Below, piece after piece: positions 62,114-64,000 of a DNA stretch of 64,000 bases. Origin of the DNA: Nageia nagi (taxonomy: Eukaryota; Plantae; Pinophyta); assembly GCA_050084985.1 (NCBI GenBank), contig JBITNC010000001.1, positions 79,794,001-79,858,000 of the forward strand, in the 5' to 3' direction. Within the stretch, counting starts at the first letter, position 1, and each line of letters begins with the position of its first letter. The position numbers and the translations under genes were made by a program. Under the pieces are notes generated by a model that saw nothing but the letters and a program-made list of their open reading frames with translations, was not told the DNA's origin and did not search any database.

Positions 62114-64000
62114 TTAAACTTCACTCCCCCTTGAGGGCAACTTCACCAACCCGAGAGAATCCCTAAGCTTGCAGAACTGAGCTTCAGGAAGGGGCTTGGT
62201 GAACAAATCAGCAGAGTTTTCAGTAGATGGACAATACTGCAAGTGTATGATGTCATCTAGAACCTTCTCCCTGATAAAATGAGCTTGGATTTCTACATGT
62301 TTGGTTCGCTGATGGAACACAGGATTCTTAGCCAAAGAGATAACCGATTGATTATCTGACGAAATAAGAGATGGGCCATTTTGCTGATACCCAATTTCGT
62401 TCAGTAGATGTCTTAGCCAAATAGCTTCTTGGGCGGCAACAGACATGGCTCGATATTCGGCTTCGGTGGTAGAAAGAGTCACAGTAGGTTGCTTCTTGGA
62501 AGCCCAAGAGATAGCACCTGAACCAATGCTAAACACATATGCAGAGGTTGATTTTCTATCATCTCTATCTCCCCCATAATCAGAATCTGAGAACCCTGAG
62601 AGAACAATCGAGGGCACTTTGGAATACTTAAGAGCAAGATCCTTTGTCCCTGCGACATACCTCAAGATTTGCTTAACAGCATTGAGGTGTTCAACATATG
62701 GTTATTGCATGAATCGTGCCATGAGATTCACTGCAAAGGCAATATCAGGACGAGAGATAGTCAGATACAGAAGACTACCAATCAATTGTCTATAAGCTGT
62801 AGCATCAGCCAACTGAGAATCTGAGCTCAGAGATACAACAATTCCAGGAGAAATAGGTATTGCAGCATATTTGCACTCTTCCATTCCAAACTTTTGCAAG
62901 ATGTCTAAGATATACTTAGATTGACTAAGATAAGTACAATCTTTGTGTTGGTATACTTGCATCCCAAGATAGTAATGCAATAGACCTAAATCAGTCATTT
63001 CAAATGTTGCCTTGAGTTTGGAGATGCACTCTTGGATGATTTCAATATTATTGCCTGTTATGAGAAGATCATCCACATAAAGGAGAATGATGACCACATC
63101 TTTTCCTTGATTGAGTACATATAGATCTGAATCTGAGAAGCACTTGGAAAAACCAATATCTGCAAAGAATCCTGAAATTTTCTTGTACCATGCTCTAGGT
63201 GCTTGCTTAAGTCCATACAAAGACTTCTTTAGTTTGCACACAAGAGACTCTTTTCCTTCTGGAATAAATCCTTCTGGTTGATTCATGTAGATTTCAACAT
63301 CTAAGTCCCCATTGAGAAATGCACTTTTGACATCAAGTTGAAAAGCTTTCCATCCTTGAGCTGCAGAAAGAGCAAGAATTATTCTGACAGTAGGCATCTT
63401 AGCTACAGGAGCAAAGGTTTCCTCATAATCAACACCATATTTCTGAGCGAATCCTTTGGCTACTAACCTTGCCTTGTATTTCTCAATTTTTCCATCAGAA
63501 TTGTACTTGACCTTGTATATCCATTTATTGCCAATCACATTTTTCTCATTGGGATAAGGAACCAAATCCCAAGTTTCATTTTTCATGAGAGCCTCATACT
63601 CAACTTTCATAGCTTCCATCCAACACTCTTGCTTGGAAGCTTCTTTGAAGGTTGATGGCTCATGCATATTATCAATTTTGGCAAATAAGGATTTATTCAA
63701 GGTCATACTTCTTGTAATTCTCTGTGCTGGAGAATTTTGCTCTTGTGGTGACTTCTCTACATGATCATCCAACCAGTTAGGTGCAGGCGAAGAATCATTT
63801 GAATCAGACACTTCAGCATGAGAGGTCGTATCCTCAGAAAGTTCATTGAACTTAACATCCCTAGACACAAAGACTATTTTATGGGATGAAGAGTAGAGCC
63901 TGTAACCTCTATGCTGATTATCATACCCCACAAAGATGCATTTTTCTGATCGTTTATCTAGCTTCTTTCTTTTCTCTGAGGTAATGAAGGCAAATGCATC
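62114..64000 (-). pseudogene. Copia pol (integrase tail, RT, RNase H) with a single nonsense codon
   Basis: ORFs 62702-63931 and 62114-62665 are in the same frame, separated by TAA at 62702-62704 where the outer copy has AAA; RT motifs KARLVAKG, QLDVKSAFLNG, LYGLKQAPRAW, YVDDLL. Confidence 0.93.

Larger units (their letters stand above)
60664..64000 (-). mobile_element. Copia element, inner copy of the same family (3' LTR 60664-61161), continues past the window edge
   Basis: LTR termini TGTTAG...CCTTCA on the minus strand; PPT at 61162; 3' UTR and pol nearly identical to the outer copy. Confidence 0.95.

Overview
Eukaryotic, TE-rich land-plant DNA; multi-kb introns packed with nested elements suggest a gymnosperm-type genome (inference). 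The main gene is a minus-strand TRAPPC13 (trafficking protein particle complex subunit 13) orthologue. Eight coding exons can be traced from ATG 49503 down to 8608, including a 15-nt microexon, and the C-terminal exons appear to lie left of the window. Exon 2 is 1 nt short of keeping frame. The introns contain degraded copia and chromovirus-like gypsy elements, solo LTRs with intact TSDs, two related intron-containing hAT transposons, hAT-type MITEs, a fragmented L1-like element, and three 3' ends of a LINE family sharing a stem-loop plus TTTC tail. Upstream of the gene lie a decayed homologue of the plant At3g11760/F26K24.5-type C-terminal domain, a gypsy gag relic, and a copia element inserted into another copy of its own family. 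The most striking signal is in the 3' UTR of both copia copies: a 7-unit array of ~45-bp repeats whose internal hairpin shows two independent compensatory base-pair changes. All identifications are from reading the sequence and recalled family motifs; no database search was run.
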